64,000 bases of DNA from the human T2T-CHM13v2.0 reference genome, Homo sapiens: assembly GCF_009914755.1 (NCBI RefSeq), contig NC_060947.1, one strand, 5' to 3'. A program made the position numbers and the translations under genes. Positions 28,901 through 42,658 of this stretch are shown piece by piece. Positions within the stretch are counted from its first letter, which is position 1. The number at the start of each line of letters is the position of its first letter. Below the pieces are notes generated by a model. It did no database searches, was not told the DNA's origin, and worked only from the letters and a program-made list of their open reading frames with translations.

Positions 28901-30810
28901 CAATTCCATGCCCACAAATATGATAACCTAGATAAAATGGACCAATGCTTGAAAAAAAGAAAACTACCAAAACTCACACAAAGAGAAATAGATAATCTGA
29001 ATAGGTCTATATCCATTACAGGAATTAAGTCAATAATTCATAACCTCCCAAAACAGAAAGTAGTAGGCCCAGGTGGTTTTACTGATGAATTCTACCAAGC
29101 ATTCAAGGAAGAAATGATACCAACTCTTTATAATCTCTTTCAGAAAATATAAACAGAAGAGAACATTTCCTAACTCATCTTATGAAGTCAGCATTATTTT
29201 AATACCGAAACCACATAAAGATATTATAAGAAAAAAACTGCAGACCAACATCCTTATGAACATAGATACCAAAATCCTCAACAAAATATTAGCAAATCAA
29301 ATCCAACAATGTATAAAAAGAATTGTGTACCATGACTAAATCAAATTTATTCCAAGTATACATGGCTGGTTAAACATTCAAAATTCAATTAATATAATCT
29401 ACCACATCAGTAGGCTAAAAAGTAAAAATCATCTGATCGTACCCATTGATGCAGAAAAAAGCATTTGATGAAATCTAACACAGATTCATAATAAAAACCC
29501 TCAGCAAGCTAGGAAAAGAGAGGAACTCCCTCAACTTTTTAAAAATCTACAAAAAAATCTCCAGCTAACATTAACTTAAAGGTGAGAAACTGGATGCTTG
29601 CTCCGTAAGACTGGGAACAAGGCAAGGATGCTCCTCTCACCACTCCTATTCACCATTATACTAGAAGTCCTAGCTAATGCAATAAGACAAGAAAAGGAAA
29701 TAAAATGTATACAGATTGGGAAGGAGAAAATAAAACTGTCTTTGTAGATAACATAATTGTCTATGTAGACAATCCAAAAGAATAGACAAAAAACTCTTGG
29801 AACTAATAAGCAATTATAGGAAAGCCACAGGATATAAGGTTAATATACAAAAGTCTATTTCTTTCCTATATAATAGCAATGAACAATTAGAATTTGAAAT
29901 AGAAACGTAACCATTTACTCTAGCACCAAAAAATGAAATACTTAGGAATAAAGCTAACAAAATTCCTACAGGATCTATATGAGGAAAACTACAAAACTGA
30001 TTCAAGAAATCCAAGAAGACATAAATTCATGAGGAGATAGTACATACTCATGGATAGGAATACTCAATATTGTTATGATGTCAATTTTTCCCAACTATAA
30101 AAGTTTGGAAAATAACTTGCTAGAATTTAGCAATGGTTACTGACAAAGTGATTCTAACATTTATATGGAAGGGCAAAAAATTCAAGATAGTTAACACAAT
30201 ACTGAAGAACAAAAAAATCAGAGGACTGACACTACCCAACTTTAAGGCTTACTATAAAGCTACAATAATCAAGACAGCATGGTACTGGTGAATTGAATAG
30301 ATAAACTGACCAATGGAACAGAATAGAGAATTACTATAATACTATGGTAATCAATATACTGTGGAAGTGAAAGCAACAGAAAGATAACAACAGTAATAGA
30401 AATAGGAAGTCCATAGATACACCCACAGAAATATGGTCATTGATTTTTGACAAAGGTGCAAAAGCAGTTTAATGGAGAAAGTATAGTCTTCGACAAATGG
30501 CACTGGAAGAATTAGACATTCATAGACAAATAAACGGATGTTTACTTAAACTTTATATAAAAATTAACTCAGGTCATAGATCCACCATAAAATTTTAAAG
30601 ATGAATCACAGGGGGAATCTTGGTGATCTGAGATTAGATGAAAAGTTCCTAGACATGATATCAAGAGTGATATCAGCAAAGGAAAAAAAAAGTAGATAAA
30701 TTGGAATGCATCAAAATAAAAACTTTCACTCTGTGAAAGACACTGTTAAAGACGAGCTATAGACTGGGAAAATATATTTGAAAATAACATATCCAACAAA
30801 GGACTCATAT
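25975..30810 (+). mobile_element. Old L1M (L1MC/MD-like): ORF1 plus most of ORF2, heavily disrupted
   Basis: ORF 28048-28266 (IIIVGEFTTP, endonuclease domain) and ORF 28808-29152 (GPGGFTDEFYQAFKEE) are L1 ORF2 pieces. Confidence 0.9.
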
Positions 30811-31129
30811 AGCACTGAATAGTGGCACTTATTCCATGCCTGACTCATTTGGGGCCTCTCAGGTTTCCTGTTTACCTAGCAGAGGAAGATAATAGCACTA
30901 GTTGAACAATATTTTTCATTCAATGGACTTTATTATAGCCATTCTTTCATTCAACAAACATTTCAGTATTGACCACAACACTTACATGTTAGGCACTGCA
31001 AAACATCCAAATGTGAATAAGACATTATTCCTTCATTCAAGAAGCTTGCAACTTAGTACAGATAATGGTACAAATAGACAAGTATCTGTAATGCAAGGCA
31101 GAAAGTGAAGAACACTCTAAAGGAGATAA

Positions 31130-31340
31130 GATGATAAAGTAGAAATCTCAGCTTCCTAACTTCTCATTTGTTTGACTTTAGACAAGTTGTTTAACCTTAT
31201 AGAACCATACTTTCCTCAAATTTAAAATGGAAATAACACTATTTACCATACAGTATCATTGGGATAACTGAATATAATAATGACTATCATAGTGCCTGTG
31301 ATAATGTTGAGGTAGTCACTCAACAAAGTTAGTTTGCCAT
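31130..31340 (+). mobile_element. MIR SINE
   Basis: TGACTTTAGACAAGTTGTTTAACC...TTTCCTCAAATTTAAAATGG. Confidence 0.65.
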
Positions 31341-31495
31341 GGAGAAAAATTTCATGGATAAGGAGACATAGAGATGGTGACATTGGAGTTAGTCATTGGA
31401 CAATTAGAGAGAACATAGAGAGGCAGAAATAGAGGCAGTCTCCCCCTTGACATTTACCCCCCCCCAAAAATAAGCCACCTCCTGTACTCTTCTAG

Positions 31496-31830
<335 letters not shown>

Positions 31831-32019
31831 CTCACTTCTTTTTGTTTTTGTTTTGTTTTTTGACTTTTAACTGTTTTATAGAGATATAATTCACATATTG
31901 TAAAATAACCCATTGAATGTATACAATTCAATGGTGTTAAATATATGCGGAGAGTTGTACAATCATCACTAAAATGTATATTTAAAACATTTTAATCGCC
32001 CCAAAAGATAATGCCTGAA

Positions 32020-34510
32020 TTTATGCTTCAAAAAGATGGAATACACATATATTTTCATATTCTTCCAATTAAGTACAGATTAAAAACCCTGAACATTATG
32101 TGGGACAGAAATTTGGAAGTATCTAAAAGGTGCAGAAAAAAAAGGTAAAACAGTTAGGGACCTTGAAACCCAAGGAATAACACCATCTCGCTAAATTCCC
32201 ACCTCCATCCAGAAGTAACAAGGAGTCCCTTCCTGCCAGATATCAACAGACGCTGAATGGAAACCTGAATTTCTACACCCACCTGGAAGTAATAAGGTGG
32301 CACCATCTTTCACCTACAGAGTGGTGTCAGAGGAGGCCTTCTAAAACACGAGATTTAAATAAGATGTAGACTTTCATAATACCCCAAATGTCCAAGTTTC
32401 AACTGAAAATCACTGACATGCAAAAAAAAAAAAAAAAAAAAGGTGCAGAAAAAAAAAGATAAAACAGTTAGGGACCTTGAAATCCAAGGAATAACACCAT
32501 CTCATTAAATTCCCACCTCCACCCAGAAGTAACAAGGAGTCCCAGACTCCTTGGAAGTAATAAGGCGGCACCATCCTTCACCTGCAGAGTGGTCAGAGGA
32601 GGCCTTCTAAAACACAAGATTTAAATAAGATGTAGACTTTCATAATACCTCAAATGTCCAAGTTTCAACTGAAAATCACTGACATGCAAAAAAGCCAAGA
32701 AGATTTCAACTTGAATGATAAAAACCAATCAGCAGATGCTAACACGTTGACAGATGTTAGAATTATCTGACAAAGAGTTTAAAGCAATTATCATAAAACT
32801 GCTTCAATGAGCAATCATAACCACACTTTAAAAAATTACAAAAAATAGAAATTCTCAGCAAAGAAATAGAAAAATCTCAGCAAGCAAATATATAAAAAGA
32901 GCCAAATGGAAAATTTAGAAGTTAAAAACACAATAGTTAACTTCAAAATATCAACAATGAACTCAACAGCAGAATGGAGACGATAGAGGAAAGAACTTGA
33001 ATACAGAATAATAGAAATGACCAAATCTGAATAACAGAGAAAAAATAAGTGGGAAAAAATAGTGTGTCAGGAACCTATGAGACTGTAACAAAAGACCTAA
33101 ACTTTATGTTATTTGAGTTTCAGAAGGAAAGGAGAAAGAAGAGGGAGGGACTGAGAAAGTATTCAAAGAAATAGTGATTGAAATTTTCCAAAATTTGACA
33201 AAAGACATAAACCTAAAAATTCAAGAATCAAATAACTCCAAACATAATAAACTTAAAGAAAGCCATGACAAGACACATCACAGTAAAATTTCTGAAAACT
33301 AAAAACAAAAAAATTCTGAAAGCAGCCAAAGAGAAACAACACATTGCCTATAGGGGAAAAACAATTTGAAAGACAACACATTTCTTATCAAAAACTATGG
33401 TGGCCAGAAGGAAGTGTGTGCAACATTTTTCAAGAGCTGGAAGGAAAGAACTGTCAATCGCAAATTACATTTTCAACAAAAATATCCTTCAGGAATGAAG
33501 GAAAACCCAAACATTCTCAGAAGAAAAACTAAGTGAATTTGTCACTACCAGATCTACATAACCTAAAAAAATTGTTAAAGGAAACTCTTGGAATAGAAAG
33601 AAAATGAAAAAATAGGAATCTTTGACTATCTGGAGGGAAAAAGGCCAGTGGAAAAAGAAAATTATATAGGGAAATACAATAGATTTTGCTTCTCCTCTTG
33701 AATTTTCCAAATTATGATTGATGGTTGAAGAAAAAATAACATTGATATTGTTCTCAATGTATATAGAAGAAATATTTAAGACAATTATATTATAAATGGG
33801 AGAAGGGCAAAAGTACATAAAGGGAGGTAAGTTTTCTATGCTTCACTCAAACTGGTAGACTTTTTAAAGATAGATAGATACAGATGTATAAATATATAAA
33901 ATACAATAGATGGTACAACTACCAAAAATGTATACAAAGATATATATCCAAAAATATAATATTTAAATAAAAATAGAATTCTAAAAAATGTTAACCCATA
34001 GGAGGAAAGGAAACAAAAAACAGAAAAATGAAAAACAGAGAACAACAAAAAATAAAAAATAAAATGGCAGTCATAAGCCCCAAATATATCAATAATTAAA
34101 GCAAATGTAAGTGGCCTCTATACAACAATTAAAAGACAGAGATCAATAAAATAGATTAAAATAGGCTCAATTACATACCAACTTCAAGAAAATCACTTCA
34201 TAATGATGTATATATGTGAAAAGTAAAAGGATGGAAAAAGATATACTATGCAAATATTAATCAAAAAAGCAGGAGTGCCTAAATTAATTTTAGATAGAGT
34301 AGACTTCAGAGCACAGAAAATAATGAGGGACAGAGACATTACATAATGATAAAAGGATCGATCCATCAAGGAGGCATAGAAATTCTAAATGCGTATGCAA
34401 AAACAACAGAGCTCCAAGATATATGAAGCAAGAACTGATAGAACTGAAAGGGGAATTAGATAAATCCACAATTATAATTGGAGACTTCAATATCCTTCTC
34501 CCAACAAACA
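32020..34510 (+). mobile_element. Old L1M: 5' region, ORF1 and ORF2 endonuclease start
   Basis: ORF 34423.. gives KQELIELKGELDKSTIIIGDFN, with ORF1-like A-rich sequence upstream. Confidence 0.82.
32125..32693 (+). repeat. Tandem duplication of a ~300-bp unit joined by A20
   Basis: AAAAGGTGCAG...CACTGACATGCAAAAAA occurs twice (32125-~32427 and ~32438-32693). Confidence 0.95.
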
Positions 34511-34511
34511 C

Positions 34512-34806
34512 TTTATTTGTTTTTTTAACTTTTATTTTAGGTTTAGGGATACTTGTGAAGGTTTGTTACATAGTAAACTCATGTCACAGGGTTTTGTTGT
34601 ACAGATTGTTTCATCACCCAGAAATTAAGCCAAGTACCCAATAGTTATCTTTTCTGCTCCTCTCCCTCCTCCCACCCTCTACCCTCAAGTAGACCCCAGT
34701 CTGTTGTTTCCTTCGTGTTCATAAGTTCTCCTCATTTAGCTCCCACTTATAAGTGAGAACATGTGGTATTTGGTTTTCTATTCCTGTGTTAGTTTGCTGA
34801 GGATGG
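34512..34806 (-). mobile_element. 5'-truncated older L1PA (L1PA13-16-like) 3' end
   Basis: T-tail, TTTGTTACATAGTAAAC...CCCACTTATAAGTGAGAACATGTGGTATTTGG. Confidence 0.87.
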
Positions 34807-35490
34807 TATTTAAAAAAATACTAAACATAGAGTTATCATATGACCCATAACTTTCATTTCTGGGCATTTATCCCAAAGAAACAAAAACTTATTTCCATGC
34901 AAACACCTGTACACAATTGTTCTTGCCACCTTTATTTGTAATAACCAAAGAAAATTGGAAATCATTCAAATGGCCAATGGGTGAATGGTGAAACAAACTG
35001 TGGTACATCAATAACATGGAATACTATACAGTAATAAAAAGTAATTAACCACTGACACATGGGACAACTTGGATGCATCTCAAGGGCATTTCACTAGGTC
35101 AAAAAAAGAGACACTCTTAAAAGATAACATACTGTATGATTCCATTTATATACCACTCTTGAAATAACAAAACTATAGAGATGAGAAACAGATTAGTGGT
35201 TGCCAGGGAACGAGGATTTGGGGTATAGAAGAAGTAGGTATAATCATAAAGCGGTAACATGAGGGAGATCTTTGAAGTGATGGAATAGTTTTGTATCTTG
35301 ATTGAGGTGTTTACAAGAATCTACACATGTGATTAAATGACATAGAACTATGCACACAGTTTGTGGCAATGTTAACGTCTTGGTTTTGATATTGCACCAT
35401 AATTATATAACATGTAAACATTAGGGAAAACAGAATGAATGATACATGAGACCTCTTGGTACTATGTTTGCAACTTCCTGTGTATCTGTA
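34807..35490 (+). mobile_element. L1MC-like 3' end
   Basis: CATATGACCCA...ATACTGTATGATTCCATTTATA...GCAACTTCCTGTG. Confidence 0.8.
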
Positions 35491-35519
35491 GTGGCTTTAT
35501 ATATATGTATAAATTTCCA

Positions 35520-36160
35520 TATGCGTTAGCAGTCACTCCTTATCTGCCAACCTCCTCTCCCTCTCCCCAGCTCTAGGCAACCATTAATCTACTTCCTGTT
35601 TCTGTAGACTTGACTATTTGGGATATTTCCTATGAATGGAATCATAAAATATGTGGTATTTTGTGACTAGTTCTTTCATGTAACAATGTTTTTAAGGTGT
35701 ATTCATGTTGTACCAGTACCAGTAGCAGTTCATTCCTGTTTATTGCCAAATATTATTCCATTGTAGGCATAAACATTTTTTTCCATTCACCAGTTGTTGG
35801 ACATTTGAGTTGTTTCTGCTTTTTGGCTATTATAAATAATGCTGCTATGAACATTAATGTACATGTTTTTGTGTGGACTTAAGCTTTCAGTTCTCTTAGG
35901 TAAATATTTAGAGTAGGTTTGCTGGGTCATATAGTATTCCATGTCTAACATTTTGAGGAACTGTCAAACTGTTTCTCAAAGTGGCTGAACCCTTTCACAT
36001 TTCCACCAGCAATGTATTTTTTGTACTTTTGATTATGGACACCTAGTGTATGTGAGGTGGTATCTTATTGCGATTCTGCTTTGCATTTCCCTAATTACTA
36101 ATGATGCTGAGCATCTTTTTATGTGTTTACTGGCCATTTGCATATCTTCTTTGGAGGAAT
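35520..36160 (-). mobile_element. L1MB-like fragment
   Basis: CTAGGCAACCATTAATCTACTT...GCATTTCCCTAATTACTAATGATGCTGAGCATC. Confidence 0.8.
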
Positions 36161-36164
36161 CATA

Positions 36165-36380
36165 TCATTCTCCCTATATCTTCACATCACATTCCCTCCG
36201 TGCATGTCTCTGTGTCCAAATTTATAAGGACACGAGTCTCATTGGATTAGGGACCAACCTAATGACCTCACTTGATTACTTCTGTGTAGACTCTATCTCA
36301 AAATAAAGTCACATCAAGGGTACTGGGGGTTAGGACTTCAACATCCATTTGGACATGAGAGACATAATTCAACCCATTTT
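36165..36380 (-). mobile_element. MLT1B/C-like LTR fragment
   Basis: TCTCTGTGTCCAAATTTATAAGGACAC...GGGGGTTAGGACTTCAACAT...CATAATTCAACCCAT. Confidence 0.75.
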
Positions 36381-36659
36381 AAGTAACAGTTTTGAAGTAG
36401 GCCCAGAGTGTTATGTTCTCCATAACAAAAGGATTCCCTTAAGGGAAACTATTTCACCAGAGCCTTATCCAGTATGGGCAAGGGCAATTAGATAACTCCA
36501 ACCCCTTCTATTCTTCCAGTCTCACCTAAGAAAGAAGAAAAGCTCATAAGCCCTGTAATGGTCACAGCCTAGAGGAACAAGCCAACTAAGGCTGACAGCT
36601 AATCACAGGATTATGGGATGCTTCCCTCCCCTGCCTCCCACCCTCAACATCAACTGTAG

Positions 36660-36900
36660 CAATTAGCATTGACTAAGTGCCTACTACTTTTTATGTCAGA
36701 ACCTATGCTATAAACTGCAAGTGCATTTTCTCAATGTAATCCTTACAAATACCAAGAAAAATAGATATTATTATTCACATTTTACAGATGAGGAAACAGA
36801 CTTATGAAATGACTTGTTTAAGGTCATAAACAATTATCTGGAAGAATTGAGATTCTAACTCAGGTCTGTCAGATGCTAGAGGCCTGTGCTCATTCTATTA
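36660..36900 (-). mobile_element. MIR SINE
   Basis: CATTTTACAGATGAGGAAACAG core. Confidence 0.75.
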
Positions 36901-37126
36901 TACTTAGCTCAGAAAGGGAGAGACACAGTCAGATTTTAATTTTAATGTGCATGCAGAAAAGCACATGGGCAATCAAGTCAATAAATTATCACAAATGGAA
37001 CACACCCATGTATCAAAAAAAAGAACTTATCTTCCATTTTTCCCTGCCAAAGTCTTCCTGTGTCTCTCTCCAGGCACTATTACTGATCAAGGATAACAAA
37101 TATCCTATTTTGATCACCATATATTC

Positions 37127-37420
37127 TTGTTTCTTTTTCGAGACAGAATCTCACTCTGTAGCCCAGGCTGTAGTACAGTGGTGTTATCACAGCTCGCTGC
37201 AGCTTCAACCTCCTGGGTACGAGCAATCCTCCTGCTTCAGTCACCTGAGTAGCTGGGACTACAGCTGTGGGCCACCATGCCTGGCTAATTTTTTATTTTT
37301 TTTATAAACAGGATCCCACTATGTTGCCCAGGCTGTTCTTGAACTCCTGCACTCAAGCGATCCTCCTGCCTCAGCCTCCCAAAGTGTTGGGATTACAGGT
37401 GTGAGCCAGTGTGCCCACTC
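37127..37420 (-). mobile_element. AluJ inserted in an L1ME-like 3' fragment (~36930-37760)
   Basis: CTCAAGCGATCCTCCTGCCTCAGCC AluJ diagnostic. ACCATATATT occurs at 37116-37125 and 37426-37435. Confidence 0.9.
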
Positions 37421-37764
37421 TCATAACCATATATTATTTTTGTCTGTTACTGAACCTTATATAAATGGAATTATATAATATGTGCTATTTTATGTCCTGG
37501 AGCTTTTGATCAACATTTTATTTTTAGGTTCCATCATTTGTTGCATGCAGGTGTAGTTCCTTCATTTTCATAAGCAGTATAGTATTACATTGTATGGCTA
37601 TATCACAATATATGTATCTATTCTACTGTTGATAGACATTTATATTGTATCAACTTTAGAGGTTTTAAAAATATTGCTGCTATGAACATTCTTGTACATG
37701 TCTTTTGGTGAACATGCTTACAGTTTTTCCTTGAGTAATATTCATTGGGTAGTTGGAATTGGTG

Positions 37765-39030
37765 ACAGGGCAGAGAGGGATGGAGGCAGGGAGAACAGCT
37801 GGAAGGCTGTTGCACAAGATCAAGTATAAAGTTTCAAGAGTAAAGAAGAGGATGGTTATGGTGGGGCTGGAGAGAAACAGGTGGAGAGGAAAGAGATAAA
37901 AGTGTTTGGATTATAGAGTTTAATTGGTTCTTGGGAATAAAGGCAATAGGGAAGTCAAAGATGACACAACATTTTTAATTCCACTGATAGAGGAAAGGAA
38001 GTTGGGCTGGAATGCTCAATGAGAGAGGGAGCTCACAAATTTCATGGTGAAATGTTCAGGGGATGAAGAGGAAGTGAATAGCCTATATGGGACTGTTTAA
38101 TGGACATCTGGAATTAGAGGAACAAAGTGAGAGGAGGGTGGGGAAAGGAAATAAAGAGAGGGAAAATTTTCTGGAGAGTATTGATTAAAACGCAGTTGGA
38201 CAATATTGAATTTGGAGAAGCATCACCAATGTGAGGAGAGGCCAGAGAGACTGTAGCGAAGAAAACAAAGAAGACATGGCCTGAGTGGCAGAAGGATCAC
38301 CAGGCTAGAATCCTATTATGGAAGATTTAAAAGAAGAGAATTTGGGGAAGGTGTGTGTACAGGGAGGGGATGTATTATATTAGATTCAGGATAGACAAAA
38401 GGGGGACAGGCTTCTGAGAAAGGCCCCTGGAATTTGGTAGCAGAAAAGCTTTAAAAAGAGCAATTTCCATAGAGTTCTAGTAGCATTACAGAGTTCTGAA
38501 AGGAGTGGGTGGAGAGAGAATGCCTATAGGGGTTCCAAACACCCACTTAAGAAGGGTGGCAATGAACGAAATGATTGAAAGAGAGTGTCAATAGGCTGAG
38601 GAAAAGCACCCATGGAAAGAGACAATGAATGGTGTATGTGGGGTTTGAGGAGGGGTTAAGGTAAATGATAGAACAAAGTCGCTGATATAAGTATATGGAG
38701 ATGGGGGATGAGCATAGACAGTGAGCTGATTCATTAATTGAACAAATATTTACTGAATATATCTTGCAAGATACGTACTATGCTAGGGCTGGGGATACAG
38801 AGATTAATAAATATAGTCTCTACCCTGGAGTTACTTGTGGTATAGTGGGGGAAACACTTGATCACAGTATAAGTATCAAGTAGGGGAAAAGGAGACTGTA
38901 GAAACTTCCATAATTTCTGCATAGGCCTAAGAAGACTTTTGGAGGTGCAGATATCTGAGCTGACGTTTGAAATTACCAAGGAAAGATGAGGAAATTGTAT
39001 TCTAAGAGGGTGTAGATGTTGAAGCACCAT
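37765..39030 (-). mobile_element. Degenerate L2 fragments
   Basis: Purine-rich L2 texture, with a tail GAACAAATATTTACTGAAT at ~38740. Confidence 0.55.
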
Positions 39031-39839
39031 TATTTATAATAACCAAAGGTGTAAACAGTGTAAACAACCCAAATGTCCATCAATTGATGACAGAGAGCCC
39101 ATGGTTAAACATTTACCAGCACAGCAGTATATGGGAACCATTAATATGGAGGCAGTAATTAAAACTATGTGAATTAATGCTATCACCCAGGTAGAATACA
39201 GAATGGGATGAGAAGAGGGCCCAGGAATTGGACTAGGAGGAGAAGCTTCAAACCCTCAAATTTGAATCCCTCAGTGGTCCTTAGACCAGTAAGAAGGAGG
39301 AAAGTTATGCTTTTCCCACTATAAAGCTAAGGTACCTAGTCAGGAAGGCAAAGTGTTGGCAAATTAGTGTTCATCTGTCTCCTGGAGACCAGCCAGAGAG
39401 TGAGAAATGAGCAAGTTGCCTGGACTAAAAAATCCCACCCTGAAATCCAAGTCTTGTTAAGCGAAGTTATAAAAAAGGACAGGAATGCTTGCATTGCCTA
39501 ATTGGGCGTGTGTGTCGCAGGGTGGGTGGTTGGGAGGAATCTTCACATATAAAAAACAGCTAGCAACAAGACTCCTTTATTTATAAATTTGTGCATCTCC
39601 ACAAGCATTTAATGAGCACCTCCTAGGTTCCAGGCTTAGGCTAGGGACAGTTAACACAAAATAAGTGGGTAATATGTCAACAGTAAGTACTGCAGAGTTG
39701 TGATCAGAAAAATCTTGAGGGAGGTTTGAGCTAGGCCTTGAAGACTAGCTAAGAAGTACCTGGATGGAAAGAAAAGGATGGGAACTGTTTTCTAAATAAA
39801 GCATAACAGAAAAACAGAAATGGGAAAGGAGGTGGGAAA

Positions 39840-40440
39840 AATAATACTTAACACTTAAAGATGTCTTACTATGTACCAAACACCATTCTAAGAGCTTCAT
39901 ATGCCCTATCTCATTTAATCCTCAAAACAGCCCTTTGCGATAGGTACCATTACCCCAATTTCACAGATGAGAAACAGCCCACACCATAGGTAAATGGTAG
40001 AAGAAGCATTATGAATTTAGACAGTCTGGCTCCAGAGCCTATAGTCTTAACTAATATCCCATTTACCTCCTGGAGTGTGCAAGGTGTTTTCATGAGGGTG
40101 TGTGGTGATAGAGGTCCAATTAGATCACACAGACTGTGAAGTCATGAGTCGAGAGAGTTTGATAGGTAAGAAGGGAGGCAGCTTCAAAGAATCTTGAATT
40201 CTAGAGGCTTGCATCAAGTGTTGTAGAACAAGCACAGCAGGCCCAACTTTGAATCCTGAATCTGCCATTGATTAGTTATGGGACATGGGCAAAGTCAGTA
40301 GTAGCCTTCATTTCCTCATATTTCAACTGGGTATGTCAATGCCAATTTTGAAAGGTTGTTGTAATTATTAAATTAAAAGCATGTAAAGTGTCCAGCACAG
40401 GGTAGATCACCATAAATGGAAGCTATGACTATTATTACTT
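39840..40440. mobile_element. Two MIRs in opposite orientation
   Basis: TCTCATTTAATCCTCA...CAGATGAGAAAC (minus, ~39840-40070) and GAATCCTGAATCTGCCA...TTTCCTCATA (plus, ~40210-40440). Confidence 0.7.
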
Positions 40441-41685
40441 TATGACTTGTAGAGTTCTCAGCATAGACTTCAGAAGAACTATTTTAGTGTTACTAGTCAG
40501 TGATCCCTTAAAGGCCCATCTAAATGGAATTCCTAGTGAAAATACATTTACTTTTTGGGTCAATTCCTCTCCTGGTGGCTTGTGGCTCAGACTACTGACC
40601 CTCTATAGCTTTGGGTTGCTGGTATCTTCCAGTTGGCAAGTATGACCATGGACAGGCTTGAGTTAGGAAAGCTGTCCCACATATGTGGCCACCATTCTTA
40701 GGGGGTAGTGTGCCACCACTGGGGTGGGAATAGCTAAAAAGGAGTGAGATTATATCTTAACTACTTTTCCTGCTATTGGTCTATATGCCATTGCTAGAAT
40801 TGGGAGATGTCTGCATTGCCCAGTCCCTGTTATCTACACCAGTCCAGAGAATTTGGGGAAGCTATGTGTACATGGATGGGATGTGTTATATTAGATTCAG
40901 AATAGACTAAAGGGTGACAGACTTTTCCCCATTTCCTAGTACACTCTGCTCTCTGATGAAGTGTTATGCCTCTCCCTTTTCATTTTTTGGATCTGCTAAG
41001 AAACTTTTAACCTGCCTGATATCTTCCTGGAAATGTAGTTGTTAGAAGGATGCAATTGAAAGCATGACTAGAATTAGCTGCTATTCTCAAGAATTTTCAA
41101 ACTGTAAATCCTAGTAGACAGGACCCAAAAAACAGGGAGTTGGGAGGAGCAAAACCAATTAATTTTCACATGTCTGCAAATGTTTTAACGTACAGCTATC
41201 ACCCAAAATAGAAAACCAGAGCTTTCTCTCTTCTAGGTTAAAAATGTCTGCCTAGAGATCTGAGACACTTCTTAAAGGTGACCTGCAAAGGGGGTAGGGT
41301 GGATTCCCCACTTGGGATATTATCTATAGGCTGTAAAGTGGGTCTCTGCTGACTGTCTGCAGGAGGGGCCAGGAGAGTCACACTCTTTCCTGCTCGGGCC
41401 ATAATTGCTGCTTACTCAGCAGGCAAATGGGCACGTATGGCCTCAAATTTCAGAATATTCTTTTTTCTTGCAGTGGTTCTGAGGCAGGTGATCAGACTGG
41501 CTTAGGGCACATCAGGGCAAGCTGCCTCACCTTCACTACAGTGGCTCTATGATTCTGCTGGCTTCAGCTCTTTTCTATGATCCTCTAGAGGACAGTAGAC
41601 TTCCCAGAGCACATAGCCAACCTGCTAAATATCTTCAGAATTGGACTGAAACAGGAGAAGATAAGAATTAATGGCAGCTGCTTGA

Positions 41686-42047
<362 letters not shown>

Positions 42048-42059
42048 GATTCTTCTCTT

Positions 42060-42658
<599 letters not shown>

